In this document: in pieces, positions 1 through 10,713 of the stretch | Position numbering within the stretch: position 1 is the stretch's first letter | Layout of the letters: every line of letters begins with the position of its first letter | Assembly: GCA_050951545.1 (NCBI GenBank) | Contig: JBMNJG010000011.1 | Location: 128,001 to 192,000, forward strand | Direction of reading: 5' to 3' | DNA from: Limnochordia bacterium | GTDB lineage: Bacteria > Bacillota > Limnochordia > DTU080 | Length of the DNA: 64,000 nucleotides | Notes under the pieces: model-generated | Seen by the model: the letters and a program-made list of their open reading frames with translations, nothing else | The model's database searches: none | What the model was told of the DNA's origin: nothing | Made by a program: the position numbers and the translations under genes

Positions 1-1326
1 CTCGCCCATCAATTGGGGTTGGGCCCGTATGTCTGCCCTCCTGCCCCTCTGAGCGAACAGGCAATGTTTCTAGGCGATGAGCACTACACAGAGTCTTGTT
101 CGCCCTATGCCTATAGCACCGGGTCCCTGAAGGAATCACTGCTCAAGATCACTGAAGAACTCGAAACGCGGGCCGCTCATGGCGAAGTTGTAGATCCACA
201 CCGCGTTGTGCTCCTCATGCTGCATGGAGAGGGCCCTTGTACATTCGGTTGGTATGCCCTGGTGCAGAAAAAAGAGATGCCAGCAGAGTTCGCAGAGCGT
301 CTGGCTGTTCACGGGCATACGGTAGAGATGGCCACCGCTGGGATGGACGGGGCCGCGGGTTTTTTGAGGCAGCTGGGTGAGTGCAGTGCTTCGCGGCATC
401 TGCAATGGCTTCTGGAGTTTGCAGAGGGGGGCCGGAGCGTTGGACAGTATGGGCGCCTGCTACGGGTGTGGCGTGAGGTGACGGGTCCAGTATGGGCCAA
501 GCTTGACGCTCTTGAACGTCTGCGTGCACATTCACTGATTCTGCGTGCGCACGAGTTACAGGTGGGGAGTATGGCAGCCGCCTATCGGGAGGCAGTGGAG
601 ATGATGCGCCAGGCGCATACCCTGCGGGACATCGCTTATGCGGAGAGACAGGGCAAGGCTCTGTTGGACGCGATTCCTCGTGACCACGAACTGAAACCTC
701 GCATAGTCATCGTGGGCGAAATCTACGTGGCACTCACCAGCTTTGCCAATAGAGGAGCCGTGGAAACTCTGCTAGGCAGGGAGGGGATTGAGGTGGTGGA
801 GGGGGTTGGCCTAGCGCAGTTCACTCGTCACAGCCTTCGAAACATCTTGCGGCGATCTCTGCGCCGTGTCGGCGGCCTTAGGTCAGTGCTAGACTGTCTG
901 CGACGGCATAACCTGGACATCCTCTCAGAGCAGTTGCGCGATCCATGTGCCTGTCCGTTTCTGGTGCATGAGGTCGGTGGTGATGGGGTACCTACAGTTG
1001 GCGCTGCTCGTCGTCATGTGGAGGCAGGCTGTCAGGGGATTGTCCACATCCACCCCTTCAAGTGCATGCCTGAGGGAATCGCCAAGGACGCCGTAAAAGA
1101 GATTGCCTGTCTTTATGGTGCACGCTACTTGGCCCTCAGCTTTGACCGCGAGACCGATATCGAGCGTCTGCGTACTGAGGTTAGTACATATGCTGCTCTC
1201 TTGAGGGCTGAACTGGCTTCAGAATCTTCAGCGGCCCATGCTCGGGAATTGGACAGACGAAGGCGGATTGGGCGGCTACTGAATCGGGCCCATTGCACGT
1301 ACCGTCGCTGGAAGCACACGGATTAG
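1..1326 (+). CDS. CoA-substrate-specific enzyme activase / 2-hydroxyacyl-CoA dehydratase-like protein (DUF2229-type), 5-prime truncated by the window edge
   Basis: Motifs GPCTFGWY, KPRIVIVGEIYV and HIHPFKCMPE are typical of the C-terminal part of this family; the frame is open to the window start. Confidence 0.7.
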   Translation, partial: LAHQLGLGPYVCPPAPLSEQAMFLGDEHYTESCSPYAYSTGSLKESLLKITEELETRAAHGEVVDPHRVVLLMLHGEGPCTFGWYALVQKKEMPAEFAERLAVHGHTVEMATAGMDGAAGFLRQLGECSASRHLQWLLEFAEGGRSVGQYGRLLRVWREVTGPVWAKLDALERLRAHSLILRAHELQVGSMAAAYREAVEMMRQAHTLRDIAYAERQGKALLDAIPRDHELKPRIVIVGEIYVALTSFANRGAVETLLGREGIEVVEGVGLAQFTRHSLRNILRRSLRRVGGLRSVLDCLRRHNLDILSEQLRDPCACPFLVHEVGGDGVPTVGAARRHVEAGCQGIVHIHPFKCMPEGIAKDAVKEIACLYGARYLALSFDRETDIERLRTEVSTYAALLRAELASESSAAHARELDRRRRIGRLLNRAHCTYRRWKHTD

Positions 1327-1383
1327 GTGGTTGCTAACGGCGTACGGTGGCCATACTGATCTATGGAAAGAAGGAGGCGAGGC

Positions 1384-1842
1384 ATGGACAGCAAGGCCAT
1401 TGATGCTCAGAAACGCTACCGACAGCTGGTAGAGGCCAACGCCCCCAAACCCAAAGTGGCGCGCAATCTCTGGAGAGCTATGGTGGTAGGCGGGGTGCTG
1501 GGGATTGTGGGTCACTTCTTGTTTGGCCTTTTTGAGAGCGTAGAACCTACCAGGGGTGAGGCCACGGCTGCAACGCTCGCTGGTCTGATCTTCATTGGTG
1601 CTGTACTTACGGCCCTTGGCGTGTATGATTCCATCGCTCAGTGGGGTGGGGCGGGGGCGGCAGTACCAATCACGGGTTTTGCCAACACCATAGTGGCTGC
1701 TGCTATGGAATTTCGTCGAGAAGGTATGATTCTCGGCCTGGGCGCCAAGATGTTCGTGATTGCTGGGCCAGTGTTAGTGTATGGGGCTGTAGCTGGGTTT
1801 CTGACGGGGCTAGTAAAGGTTGCCATTTTAGGCCTATTTTGA
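1384..1842 (+). CDS. spoVAC: Stage V sporulation protein AC
   Basis: GVYDSIAQWGGAGAAVPITGFAN and KMFVIAGPVLVYG signatures; AGGAGG RBS before ATG 1384. Confidence 0.95.
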   Translation: MDSKAIDAQKRYRQLVEANAPKPKVARNLWRAMVVGGVLGIVGHFLFGLFESVEPTRGEATAATLAGLIFIGAVLTALGVYDSIAQWGGAGAAVPITGFANTIVAAAMEFRREGMILGLGAKMFVIAGPVLVYGAVAGFLTGLVKVAILGLF

Positions 1843-1861
1843 GGCCAGGAGCGGTGTTTAC

Positions 1862-2869
1862 GTGACAAGTAAGCGGCTTGGTCGATGGACGATTGCGTTT
1901 CCCGGTAGCCCGCGTATCGTCTCTGCTACGAGCGTGGTGGGTCCCAAAGAGGGAGAGGGCCCGTTACGCAGCTATTTCGATGTGGTTGAGCAGGACCCTA
2001 TGCGCGGAGAAGTGTGTGCAGAAGCGGCAGAGCGTCGCTTCATGGAGGATGCCTGTAATCGGGCCCTGAGTCAGATCGCGCTGGCGAACGATGATGTTGA
2101 TCTTTTCCTTGGCGGAGATCTCCTTAATCAGGTCATTACGGCTAGCTTTACGGCTCGCTCGCTGCAGATACCGTTCGTCGGGCTCTACAGCGCTTGCGCC
2201 ACCATCGGCGCAGGGCTGACACTGGCTGCTACCTTAGTGGACAGCGACTGGGCCACGACGGTACTAGTGGCCGGAGCCAGTCACTACCAGACAGCGGAGC
2301 GGCAGTACCGCTACCCGATCGAACTCAATGTACAGCGCAAGCAGACCAATCAGTGGACGGTCACTGGTGCTGGAGCCGCCGTGATTGCCAAGCAAGGAAA
2401 CGGCCCCAAGATCACTCAGGCGACAATTGGGCGTGTCGTAGATTATGGCCTGAAAGATACAAACGATATGGGTTGTGCCATGGCTCCTGCAGCAGCTGAT
2501 ACTTTCCTGCGGCATCTCGCAGATACAGGGCGGACGCCGGGTGATTATGATCTGATCATGACGGGCGATCTCGCCGCCTACGGCAAGAAGATGTTCAAGC
2601 AGCTCGTCAAAGATGCAGGCATCGCCTTGGGGGGCAAGCACCAGGATGCTGGAGAGCTGATCTTCTCACAGCAGCAAAAGGTGGGCGCTGGCGGCAGCGG
2701 CTGTGCTTGCCTCGCTGTGGTCGGTTTCGGGTACGTACTCAAGGAGATGGCAGCCGCACGCTGGCATAGAGTGCTGCTTCTGCCGACTGGTGCCTTGCAT
2801 AGCCCAGTCACCTACCAGCAAGGGGAGTCGATTCCCTGTGTGGCGCATGCCATCGTTGTGGAGACATAG
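1862..2869 (+). CDS. spoVAD: Stage V sporulation protein AD (dipicolinate-binding)
   Basis: VVGPKEGEGPL, GDLLNQ, AERQYRYP, MGCAMAPAA, GGSGCAC and GESIPCVAHA signatures. Confidence 0.95.
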   Translation: MTSKRLGRWTIAFPGSPRIVSATSVVGPKEGEGPLRSYFDVVEQDPMRGEVCAEAAERRFMEDACNRALSQIALANDDVDLFLGGDLLNQVITASFTARSLQIPFVGLYSACATIGAGLTLAATLVDSDWATTVLVAGASHYQTAERQYRYPIELNVQRKQTNQWTVTGAGAAVIAKQGNGPKITQATIGRVVDYGLKDTNDMGCAMAPAAADTFLRHLADTGRTPGDYDLIMTGDLAAYGKKMFKQLVKDAGIALGGKHQDAGELIFSQQQKVGAGGSGCACLAVVGFGYVLKEMAAARWHRVLLLPTGALHSPVTYQQGESIPCVAHAIVVET

Positions 2870-2928
2870 CACCGCCCGGGACTGCTGCACAATGCCGTCA
2901 CGGAATGTGATTTGAGGAGGGAATCTGC

Positions 2929-3279
2929 TTGAGCTACCTATGGGCTTTCCTGGCATCTGGTGGTGTATGTGTTCTGGCACAGCTTCTCTATGAGTACACG
3001 AAATGGGCTCCGGCGCATGTTCTGGTGCTCTTTACGGTGGCTGGCGCGATCCTTGAGGGTGTTGGTATCTACCAGCCCTTCCAGCGGTGGGCGGGAGGCG
3101 GGGCGCTGGTCCCCGTCAGTGGCTTCGGCGCGTCTGTCACCCGTGGTGTGGTAGCCGGAGCTCGCAGTATGGGCTGGGAAGGTTTGTTCTCCGGGGTATT
3201 CGAGTACACAGGTCTAGGACTGGCGGCTGCAATCATCGCTGGTTTCTCCATCGCCTTGGTTGCTAGGCCCAAGCAGTAG
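2929..3279 (+). CDS. spoVAE: Stage V sporulation protein AE (SpoVAEb type)
   Basis: 116-aa membrane protein with AGGGALVPVSGFG; third gene of the spoVA operon; GAGGAGG RBS before TTG. Confidence 0.9.
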   Translation: MSYLWAFLASGGVCVLAQLLYEYTKWAPAHVLVLFTVAGAILEGVGIYQPFQRWAGGGALVPVSGFGASVTRGVVAGARSMGWEGLFSGVFEYTGLGLAAAIIAGFSIALVARPKQ

Positions 3280-3288
3280 AACGAGCGA

Positions 3289-3549
3289 TCACTCGCTGGT
3301 GAGGGAGGATGTAGAGATCTGTATGTTATTCAGTCTGCGCAGTTCTCCTGTCAGGACGTCTGCATGCGCCTGCGAGCCATCCAGAATGAGACCTATCGCG
3401 GATACGCCCACCTCCGGTAGAGGCACCCCCAGTCGTCCTAGAACGGCATCCCCGTGCTCGGTTAGCAGCTTTTGGATTTCCAGTGCAGATTCGTGTCGGT
3501 TTTCGACTACGAGCCCCACAAACACCCATCGTTGTGACACGAGCTTCAT
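3289..3549 (-). CDS. TM1266-family ACT/NikR-C-like small regulator (iron-only hydrogenase system regulator family)
   Basis: GLVVENRHESALEIQKLLTEHG..LGRLGVP pattern; AAGGAGG RBS before ATG 3549. Confidence 0.75.
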   Translation of the reverse strand: MKLVSQRWVFVGLVVENRHESALEIQKLLTEHGDAVLGRLGVPLPEVGVSAIGLILDGSQAHADVLTGELRRLNNIQISTSSLTSE

Positions 3550-3689
3550 CCGCCTCCTTGTAGGTGCGACTTCGATCACTTCCATTGTTACCGGACAGCG
3601 CAAGAGTATGTATGATCCAGTTGAAAATCGCTTCGGCCGAAGGACACTCTGAGCGAAAAGCGAACGCTTCTCCAAAAGGGTAGAGAGGT

Positions 3690-4979
3690 TTGACGTCTAT
3701 GCTGGTTCACTTGGCCTATGGTCGGAGCGGCCTAAGCGTTCAGATTCCGGATGGGGCTCAGGTGATAGAGCCTCAACACAGCCCCGCACTGGCGTCACCG
3801 TTGCAGGCGGTGAAGCTAGCGTTGGCAGATCCGTTGGGGACGTCGCCGTTACGCGAGCTGTTGGATCCTACCAAGAGAGTGTGCATCGTGCATTGTGATG
3901 GTACACGGCCGATGCCTGGTGAGTTGCTGATGAGGGCACTTATGGAGGTGTTTTCCGATGTAGGACTGCCAGATTCTCAGATCAGTCTGCTGAATGCACT
4001 CGGTACTCATCGGGAGAACACGCCTGAGGAGTTGGCAGAGTTAGTGGGGAGAGAGGCGCTACGGCGCTACCGAAGCTTACAGTCACTCTCTACTGACTCT
4101 TCTGCGATGCGCCCCGTGGGTAGGCTCGCTGATGGCACAACTGTGGAATTGCACCATGCCTACGTGGAAGCCGACTTCCGTATTCTGCTCGGCTTTATCG
4201 AGCCTCATTTTTTCGCAGGCTTTAGCGGTGGGCCCAAGGCAGTGGTGCCAGGGGTGGCCTCGCAGCGAGTTGTTCAGCACGTACACCGTGCGGAGTTGAT
4301 CTCCCACCCACAGGCGACGTGGGGAGTGCGTGAGGGCAACCCGCTGTGGGAGACGCTGAACGAGGCCGCAAGCCTGTGCCTTCCTGACTTCATTATCAAT
4401 GTGGCGCTTAACCAACAGAAGAAGGTGACAGCTGTCTTCGCTGGCAGCCTGGACGCTGCCCACCGCGAGGGCGTGCAATATGTAAGGGAACGGGCGATGC
4501 GTCCGGTGCCTGGGCCCTTTGATGTCGTGGTGGCGACCAATAGCGGGTATCCGCTAGATCAGAATCTCTATCAGACAGTGAAAGGGATGTCTGCGGCTGC
4601 TCGCATCGTTAGGCCTGGCGGAGCGATAGTCATGGCTGCCGAGTGCTCGGACGGGATCCCCGGCCATGGGGCGTTTGGGGAGATCGTCAAGGAGGCCGCG
4701 AGCGCAAAGGGCGTGTTAGAGCTCGTGCATTCAGCGGGTTATTGCCGGCCTGACCAGTGGCAGGCGCAGGTCTTGGCGTTGGTGCTGCAGAAAGCTCAGG
4801 TCCACTTGTTCTCAGAGGGTATTACGCCAGCCCAAGCCCAGAAGATGCTGCTGGAACCTGTGAGTGATCTGGAAGCGACTATTCGCGAAGTGGCGGCTGC
4901 GCAAGAGGCAGCAACGGGGCGTCCAGCTCGCATTTGTATACTGCCCGAAGGTCCACAAACGATTCCTTTTATCAGGTAA
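3690..4979 (+). CDS. larA: Nickel-dependent lactate racemase family protein (LarA homolog)
   Basis: DGTRP, ALGTHR, IEPHFFAGFSGGPK, GYPLDQNLYQTVKG and DQWQ motifs; the substrate may not be lactate. Confidence 0.88.
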   Translation: MTSMLVHLAYGRSGLSVQIPDGAQVIEPQHSPALASPLQAVKLALADPLGTSPLRELLDPTKRVCIVHCDGTRPMPGELLMRALMEVFSDVGLPDSQISLLNALGTHRENTPEELAELVGREALRRYRSLQSLSTDSSAMRPVGRLADGTTVELHHAYVEADFRILLGFIEPHFFAGFSGGPKAVVPGVASQRVVQHVHRAELISHPQATWGVREGNPLWETLNEAASLCLPDFIINVALNQQKKVTAVFAGSLDAAHREGVQYVRERAMRPVPGPFDVVVATNSGYPLDQNLYQTVKGMSAAARIVRPGGAIVMAAECSDGIPGHGAFGEIVKEAASAKGVLELVHSAGYCRPDQWQAQVLALVLQKAQVHLFSEGITPAQAQKMLLEPVSDLEATIREVAAAQEAATGRPARICILPEGPQTIPFIR

Positions 4980-5014
4980 GAGGGTACCCTTTCGAGCACC
5001 CTCCCGCCATCAGG

Positions 5015-5710
5015 TTATTGGAGTGTACCAACAGCGAACGAGTCGCGGGTGTTGAAGGCATAGCGATCGGGGAAGGAGTTGCGTACATAAGCAGCTCGGT
5101 CTGTTTGGTAGCGGTTGTTGATTGCAAAGGCCATGCGTATTTGGGCGCCTTTTTCCAGGTCTGCTCCTAGGTATAGCTTGGCCACGGAGTTGGGGACGAA
5201 GATCTCAGCTGTATAGCCGGAAGAGATTTTGCGGGCTTGGGCTTCAATGTACGTGTCGATCAGTGGGACATATTTGCCCAGGTTGGTGACACTGCAGCGC
5301 GAGCCTCCCCCGCTGGTTAGACCTACCTGTATCCACAGTCTGTCAAACCAGAACTGTACGGCATCATACTCCCGGAGAGGATCATCTGTCTTGGCGAGGA
5401 GCAGCTTTCGATCATCTACTTTGAAGGCAACGTAGAGGCCGCTGTCATTCCAGAAGAGGCGGGCCTCACCGGAAACATCGTTGGCCCGGGAGAGTGTTGG
5501 CTCAAGCAGGGCTCGTGGGATCACGACGCGCCGGGCCTGAGACCAGACAGCCTCCCCAATACTTCCATCAAGAGTCACTGCACCCTCCAGCCTAGGAATC
5601 TGTAGGACAACGGGCGGTGGTTCTAGATTAGCTACTGCTTCCGTACTGCTTGACAAGAGAGTGAAGGCGACAAGGCAGAATGCGAAGATGGGGAAACCGC
5701 GTTTAAGCAT
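5015..5710 (-). CDS. Secreted CBM9/DOMON-like sugar-binding domain protein
   Basis: Signal peptide; VTLDG..E..W, W...GLYVAFKVDD and GYTAEIFVP motifs; TATAAT upstream on the minus strand. Confidence 0.6.
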   Translation of the reverse strand: MLKRGFPIFAFCLVAFTLLSSSTEAVANLEPPPVVLQIPRLEGAVTLDGSIGEAVWSQARRVVIPRALLEPTLSRANDVSGEARLFWNDSGLYVAFKVDDRKLLLAKTDDPLREYDAVQFWFDRLWIQVGLTSGGGSRCSVTNLGKYVPLIDTYIEAQARKISSGYTAEIFVPNSVAKLYLGADLEKGAQIRMAFAINNRYQTDRAAYVRNSFPDRYAFNTRDSFAVGTLQ

Positions 5711-5816
5711 GCGTGACCGTCCTCTCGTAAGTAATGGCGGATTCATCTTCGATTATACCTAATTCGGGCACCAAAAGCAGGGGGATTCTTCAACTGGGGC
5801 GGAGGAGGGATATGCG

Positions 5817-6704
5817 GTGACGGAACGCAGGAGGCGGATGCTGCTTGTCGCTGTGCTCGTTGCTGTTGAACTGGTGGTTCTAGTCGGTATTGTCGTAGTT
5901 TCTTCTGGTCTGGGCTCGTTTTCTGTGGGTCGGCATGGTTTCTGGAGGCTAGAAGGAGGTAGAAGAGTGATACATGAGAGGTTCTTCCCCCTGACAGATC
6001 AGGACCGTCAGCTATTCATTAGCAACGAGGCTGGCTCGGTGGTTTTGCGCGGAGGCGATACGGATTTCGGCGTGCGCGCTATTGTCAGGGGTCTAGGCAC
6101 CGCTAAAGATGATATGGCGACAGACTTGGAGTCGCTGAACCTACGTGTAGAGCACTCAGCCACCGAGTTTCGTATCGAAGCTCATCGACCGCGAGGGTGG
6201 GTGGATCGAGAGTCGCGGATTGATCTCGAGGTGACGATGCCGCACAACGGTGTGGCGCGTGTAGTTGCTGCGATGGGATCTATTGACATCCGCGATCTAC
6301 GAGGGAGTGTCCACGCTGATGCCAAAATGGGGCAGGTAAGAGCGATCCGGTTTGCGGGAGATCTGACTGCTACCGCTCACATGGGTAGTGTCAAGCTGGA
6401 GCAGATGAGCATAGACCAAATGCTGGATGTACAGGCCAATATGGGTTCTGTGAGTTTCAGTGGTGAGTTGGGGAAGACAAATGCCATTCGGGCCGACATG
6501 GGCAGTATCACGGTGGTGCTAGGGCCTAATCACCCAGCGCTTGAACTCGACGCTCGAGTACAGATGGGCAAGCTGCAGAACAGCCTACTCTTTACGGGTG
6601 TCTCGTCAAAGAATGACCTGCAGGGCGTGTTAGGTCAGGGCATACCGCAAGGCAGTCTCACCCTGTCCGCAAACATGGGCACTATTCGCATCCGAGACAG
6701 ATAA
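5817..6704 (+). CDS. Membrane-anchored DUF4097-like beta-strand repeat protein
   Basis: N-terminal TM helix; repeated A.MG(S/Q/K/T)(I/V/L) units. Confidence 0.7.
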   Translation: MTERRRRMLLVAVLVAVELVVLVGIVVVSSGLGSFSVGRHGFWRLEGGRRVIHERFFPLTDQDRQLFISNEAGSVVLRGGDTDFGVRAIVRGLGTAKDDMATDLESLNLRVEHSATEFRIEAHRPRGWVDRESRIDLEVTMPHNGVARVVAAMGSIDIRDLRGSVHADAKMGQVRAIRFAGDLTATAHMGSVKLEQMSIDQMLDVQANMGSVSFSGELGKTNAIRADMGSITVVLGPNHPALELDARVQMGKLQNSLLFTGVSSKNDLQGVLGQGIPQGSLTLSANMGTIRIRDR

Positions 6705-6725
6705 AGGTTGGAGGAGGGTGGAAAG

Positions 6726-7091
6726 ATGGAGTGGCTGATTCCTGTGATCGCTATTGGTGCACCGGTACTGATCGTCGCGCTGGCGCTGTTGTTTGCCTAC
6801 CAGAAGCAGAGGCTCGAGCATGTGGAACGCATGGCCATGATCGAGAAAGGCTTGCTACCCGCCGAGATGAAAGAGACGGCAGCGATGTCGGTGCTAGCAC
6901 CAGAGCGTCCTTTGCACTCAGGCGTGGTCACATCACTGATCGGACTGGCTCTTCTGGTTGGCCTGGGGAGTCTCGGCTATGGTCCCTGGCTGCTCGGCGG
7001 CTTAATCCCGTTGGCTGTGGGTATCGGTCGGATTATCTCTTATCTCGTGCACAGGGTGTCTGAGGAAGGGAAAGCTGACGATCACACGTAA
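6726..7091 (+). CDS. Small membrane protein (DUF6249-like)
   Basis: H.ERMAMIEKG motif followed by TM helices. Confidence 0.65.
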   Translation: MEWLIPVIAIGAPVLIVALALLFAYQKQRLEHVERMAMIEKGLLPAEMKETAAMSVLAPERPLHSGVVTSLIGLALLVGLGSLGYGPWLLGGLIPLAVGIGRIISYLVHRVSEEGKADDHT

Positions 7092-7116
7092 CGATTGAGT
7101 TGTTGCTCGTGAAAAG

Positions 7117-7162
7117 GAGAGGCGGTTGACGCTGTCCGTTTGGATAGCGCTGACCGCCTCTT
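7117..7162. terminator. Hairpin between convergent genes
   Basis: AGAGGCGGT...ACCGCCTCT outer stem with an inner CGCTGTCC/GGATAGCG stem. Confidence 0.7.
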
Positions 7163-7171
7163 GTTCAACCC

Positions 7172-8236
7172 CTACTGCAGATCGTCAGGTATCTCGATGG
7201 TCACTTCCTTGCCCAGCTCAGCCGAGCGATAGATGCCATCCAGGATGGCTTGAGAGAAGAGCACCTCGTCAGCCGGAATGGGGGCTGGCTTTCCTTCCCT
7301 TACAGCCTCGACGAAGCTACTGACTTTCTGGTTCCACCTGTCGCGGCCTTTGGGTAGCTGTAGTTCTGTCTGGGCTTCAAGTTCTGCTTGATCGTGGTAC
7401 AGCTTCAGGCCGTTTTCAAGTTTGAGGCCACCTTCAGTTCCTAGCCACATGATGGGACCTAAGGTGTCCATGTGCATCGCCCAGCTCATTTTTAGCAGGA
7501 AGCAAATGCCACCTTCAAGTCGGACCATCGCCGCCCCGAAATCGTCGACGTCAAACTTCTCCGGATCAACGCCGCCCCAAGAGGCGCGCTTCGAGTAGAT
7601 GGGCGAGGTTCCGAAGTAGTTGGAGAGGTAGGCAGAAACCGTAAGGGGTTTGGGATGCCCGAGGACATACATGGCAGTGTCGATAGAATAGCAGCCTATG
7701 TCTAGCATGGCTCCACCGCCAGCGGTGGACCTAAAGACGAACGTGCGGCCCGGGATGCCGCGTCGTCGGCCGCCTCCAGTTTCAACATAGTAGATCTGAC
7801 CCAGTTGACCTGATTGAGCGATCTCTCGAGCCTTCATGATGCCAGGATCAAAGCGCGACTGAAATCCGATACTCAAGATCTTACCCGACTTGCGAGCCGC
7901 ACGCACCATGTCGATAGACTCATCCAACGTCACCGACATCGGTTTTTCGAGAAGAACATCCTTGCCTGCTGCCAGGCTATCCATGGTCGGCTGGTAGTGG
8001 GCGACGTTGTAGGTGCAGATGCTCACCGCATCGATATCTTCTTGAAGTAGCTCACGGTAGTCTTCGAATGCTTTGGCATCAGGGACTCCCCAGCGCTGAA
8101 AGAACGCCTCTGCCTTGCCCGGGATAATGTCGGCTCCTCCGACAATGCGCACCCCCGGGATTTTTTTGTACTGATCGATGTGCGATCCAGCGATGCCGCC
8201 AGTACCGATAATCCCAATGCGGATCTCTTCGGTCAA
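7172..8236 (-). CDS. Gfo/Idh/MocA family oxidoreductase
   Basis: GIIGTGGIA Rossmann motif, LLEKP and [10 protein letters not shown]. Confidence 0.92.
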   Translation of the reverse strand: MTEEIRIGIIGTGGIAGSHIDQYKKIPGVRIVGGADIIPGKAEAFFQRWGVPDAKAFEDYRELLQEDIDAVSICTYNVAHYQPTMDSLAAGKDVLLEKPMSVTLDESIDMVRAARKSGKILSIGFQSRFDPGIMKAREIAQSGQLGQIYYVETGGGRRRGIPGRTFVFRSTAGGGAMLDIGCYSIDTAMYVLGHPKPLTVSAYLSNYFGTSPIYSKRASWGGVDPEKFDVDDFGAAMVRLEGGICFLLKMSWAMHMDTLGPIMWLGTEGGLKLENGLKLYHDQAELEAQTELQLPKGRDRWNQKVSSFVEAVREGKPAPIPADEVLFSQAILDGIYRSAELGKEVTIEIPDDLQ

Positions 8237-8447
8237 AACTACTCACCCTCCAGAAGATAGGTTTTGGCTGTTGTCGTGGTCACGATCACCCTACGCTCTT
8301 CTACCGCTCCAAAACAAATCCTTCCACATGAGCTGTGCTGGGCTCCTGTCGAGACATGTCTACTATTGCGTAATGGGTTGTGGTACAGTACTGGTACCTT
8401 TCCTACACATGGCGTGGGTAAAAACGCGTGCTTTGGAGGTCAGGCAG

Positions 8448-10691
8448 ATGAATGACGACAATTGCCTCTGCGGTCAAGGCCGATTGGGCAAGATCTCACT
8501 GGGAATCGGTGGTATGACTTGCGCCGCGTGCGCGGCTCGAGTAGAAGATAGGTTACGTTCCATGCCTGGTGTGGCCACAGCCACGGTGAACCTGGCCACC
8601 GAAAAGGCGGTCGTGGAGTTTGATCCCTCAGCGACAACTTCTGCAGAGCTGATCGACGAGGTGGAGTCGTTAGGCTACGAAGCCTACAATGAGGCTGATG
8701 CTTCAGCTCAGGACAGGGAACGGGAAGACCGTGAACGAGAGATAGCGCATCAGAAGCGCATGTTCGTCATGTCGGCGTTCCTCTCGTTTCCTCTGCTACT
8801 AGCTATGGTTCTTGAGATGTCGGGACTCATGCACCTGTGGCCTCTGCTGTTCAATGCTCGCTTTCAGCTACTAATGGCGACTCCTGTCCAGTTCGTCGCA
8901 GGTTGGCAGTTCTACGTTGACAGTTACTACGCCCTGAGAGCCGGTAGCCCAAACATGTCGGTTCTCGTGGTCTTGGGCACCTCCGCAGCTTACCTGTATA
9001 GCGTGGCTGTCACTTTCTTTGGAGATAGACTTGACGTCAGTCATGTCTACTTTGAGACAGGGGCCATTGTCATCACGCTCATTATCTTAGGCAGGCTCTT
9101 GGAAGCTCGTGCCAAAGGGCGCACTTCGGAGGCCATTAGGAAACTAATGGGGCTGCAGGCCAAAACCGCTTGCGTTGTTCGAGAAGGGCAGGAAATCGAG
9201 GTGGCTATCGAGGAGGTGGAGGTGGACGATGTAGTCGTGGTGCGCCCCGGTGAGAAGATTCCTGTAGACGGCATTGTGGTCGAGGGATTCTCATCGGTCG
9301 ATGAGTCCATGCTCACTGGGGAGAGCGTGCCTGTCGACAAGAGTGTTGGCGACGAGGTCATCGGAGCTACGACCAATATGCACGGGAGTTTCGGGTTTCG
9401 GGCGACCAAGGTGGGCAGGGAGACCGCCTTGGCACAGATCATCCGGATTGTGGAAGAGGCACAGGCATCCAAAGCCCCGGTTCAACGCCTGGCAGATTTC
9501 ATTGCTGCCCGTTTTGTTCCAGCGGTTGTCGTCATTGCTGTGCTTACCTTCGTGCTATGGTACTCCCTTTTAGACGCTGGTAACCTCACCCGCGCTCTTC
9601 TCAACTTCACTGCTGTTCTAGTCATCGCCTGTCCGTGCGCGCTGGGCTTGGCCACGCCAACCTCGATCATGGTTGGCACGGGCAAAGGAGCCGAGAACGG
9701 TATTCTCATCAAGGGCGGAGAGCACCTCGAAAAGGCCCATCGCTTGACTGCCATCGTCCTTGACAAAACAGGGACGATCACCAAGGGTGAGCCTGAGGTG
9801 ACCGACATGCTCCCCTTGGCTGACCTGCTCGAGTCGGAGATACTCCGTCTGGCTGCGGGCGTCGAAAGAGGATCGGAGCACCCTCTGGGCAAAGCCATCG
9901 TGCGTCACGCGGAGAGCCAAGGATTGTTGATACCCCAGGCAACTGACTTCGCGGCGATACCCGGCCTAGGTGTTCAGGGCCAGGTGGAAGGGCGCCCAGT
10001 GCTGGTCGGCACACGTCGACTCATGTCTGAGAACGAGGTGGGTATGGGGGCTCTTGAAGGCACTATGGCCGAGCTTGAGGGTGCGGGGAAGACGGTGATG
10101 CTGATCGCTGTGGACGGCTCTTTGGTAGGCATCGCAGCGGTTGCAGATACGGTCAAGGAGCACTCACAGACCGCAATCCTCGCTATGCGCAAGATGGGTT
10201 TGCGGATCTACATGATAACCGGGGATAACGAACGCACCGCCCGAAGTATCGCCACCCAAGTCGGTATCGACCATGTGTTGGCAGAAGTGCTGCCTGAAGA
10301 GAAGGCGATGAAAGTGAACGAACTGAAGGAACGAGGCTTCGTGGTGGGCATGGTGGGCGACGGTATCAATGACGCCCCTGCATTAGCCTCAGCAGACGTG
10401 GGTTTCGCCATCGGCACGGGAACTGACGTGGCCATGGAATCGGCTGATGTTACCCTGATCAAAGGCGACCTGCGCGGTGTAGTCGCTAGCATTGAGCTGA
10501 GCAAGGCTACTATGCGCAATATCAAACAGAATCTGTTTTGGGCTTTCGCTTACAATACTGCCGGGATTCCCCTGGCTGCGGCGGGTCTGCTCAGTCCGGT
10601 GATCGCCGGAGCGGCGATGGCCTTCAGTTCAGTATCCGTGGTATCCAACGCGCTGCGGCTCAAGCGCTGGAGAAGTCGGGTGCTGGCCTAG
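8448..10691 (+). CDS. copA: Copper-translocating P1B-type ATPase
   Basis: GMTCAAC HMA domain, [26 protein letters not shown] and MAFSS. True start taken at ATG 8448 after a GGAGG RBS. Confidence 0.93.
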   Translation: MNDDNCLCGQGRLGKISLGIGGMTCAACAARVEDRLRSMPGVATATVNLATEKAVVEFDPSATTSAELIDEVESLGYEAYNEADASAQDREREDREREIAHQKRMFVMSAFLSFPLLLAMVLEMSGLMHLWPLLFNARFQLLMATPVQFVAGWQFYVDSYYALRAGSPNMSVLVVLGTSAAYLYSVAVTFFGDRLDVSHVYFETGAIVITLIILGRLLEARAKGRTSEAIRKLMGLQAKTACVVREGQEIEVAIEEVEVDDVVVVRPGEKIPVDGIVVEGFSSVDESMLTGESVPVDKSVGDEVIGATTNMHGSFGFRATKVGRETALAQIIRIVEEAQASKAPVQRLADFIAARFVPAVVVIAVLTFVLWYSLLDAGNLTRALLNFTAVLVIACPCALGLATPTSIMVGTGKGAENGILIKGGEHLEKAHRLTAIVLDKTGTITKGEPEVTDMLPLADLLESEILRLAAGVERGSEHPLGKAIVRHAESQGLLIPQATDFAAIPGLGVQGQVEGRPVLVGTRRLMSENEVGMGALEGTMAELEGAGKTVMLIAVDGSLVGIAAVADTVKEHSQTAILAMRKMGLRIYMITGDNERTARSIATQVGIDHVLAEVLPEEKAMKVNELKERGFVVGMVGDGINDAPALASADVGFAIGTGTDVAMESADVTLIKGDLRGVVASIELSKATMRNIKQNLFWAFAYNTAGIPLAAAGLLSPVIAGAAMAFSSVSVVSNALRLKRWRSRVLA

Positions 10692-10713
10692 GTTCGGGAG
10701 GTAGTTGTGGTTC

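Noticed and set aside
1329-1358. SigG promoter for spoVA
   Set aside because: A CATACTG -10-like box is present, but there is no matching -35 at the right spacing.
8380-8400. CAGTACTG palindrome as a copper-regulator operator
   Set aside because: Only an 8-bp core, and it does not match CsoR or CopY boxes.
8178-8447. N-terminal extension of copA
   Set aside because: Overlaps the opposite-strand Gfo gene and its promoter region; the RBS supports ATG 8448.
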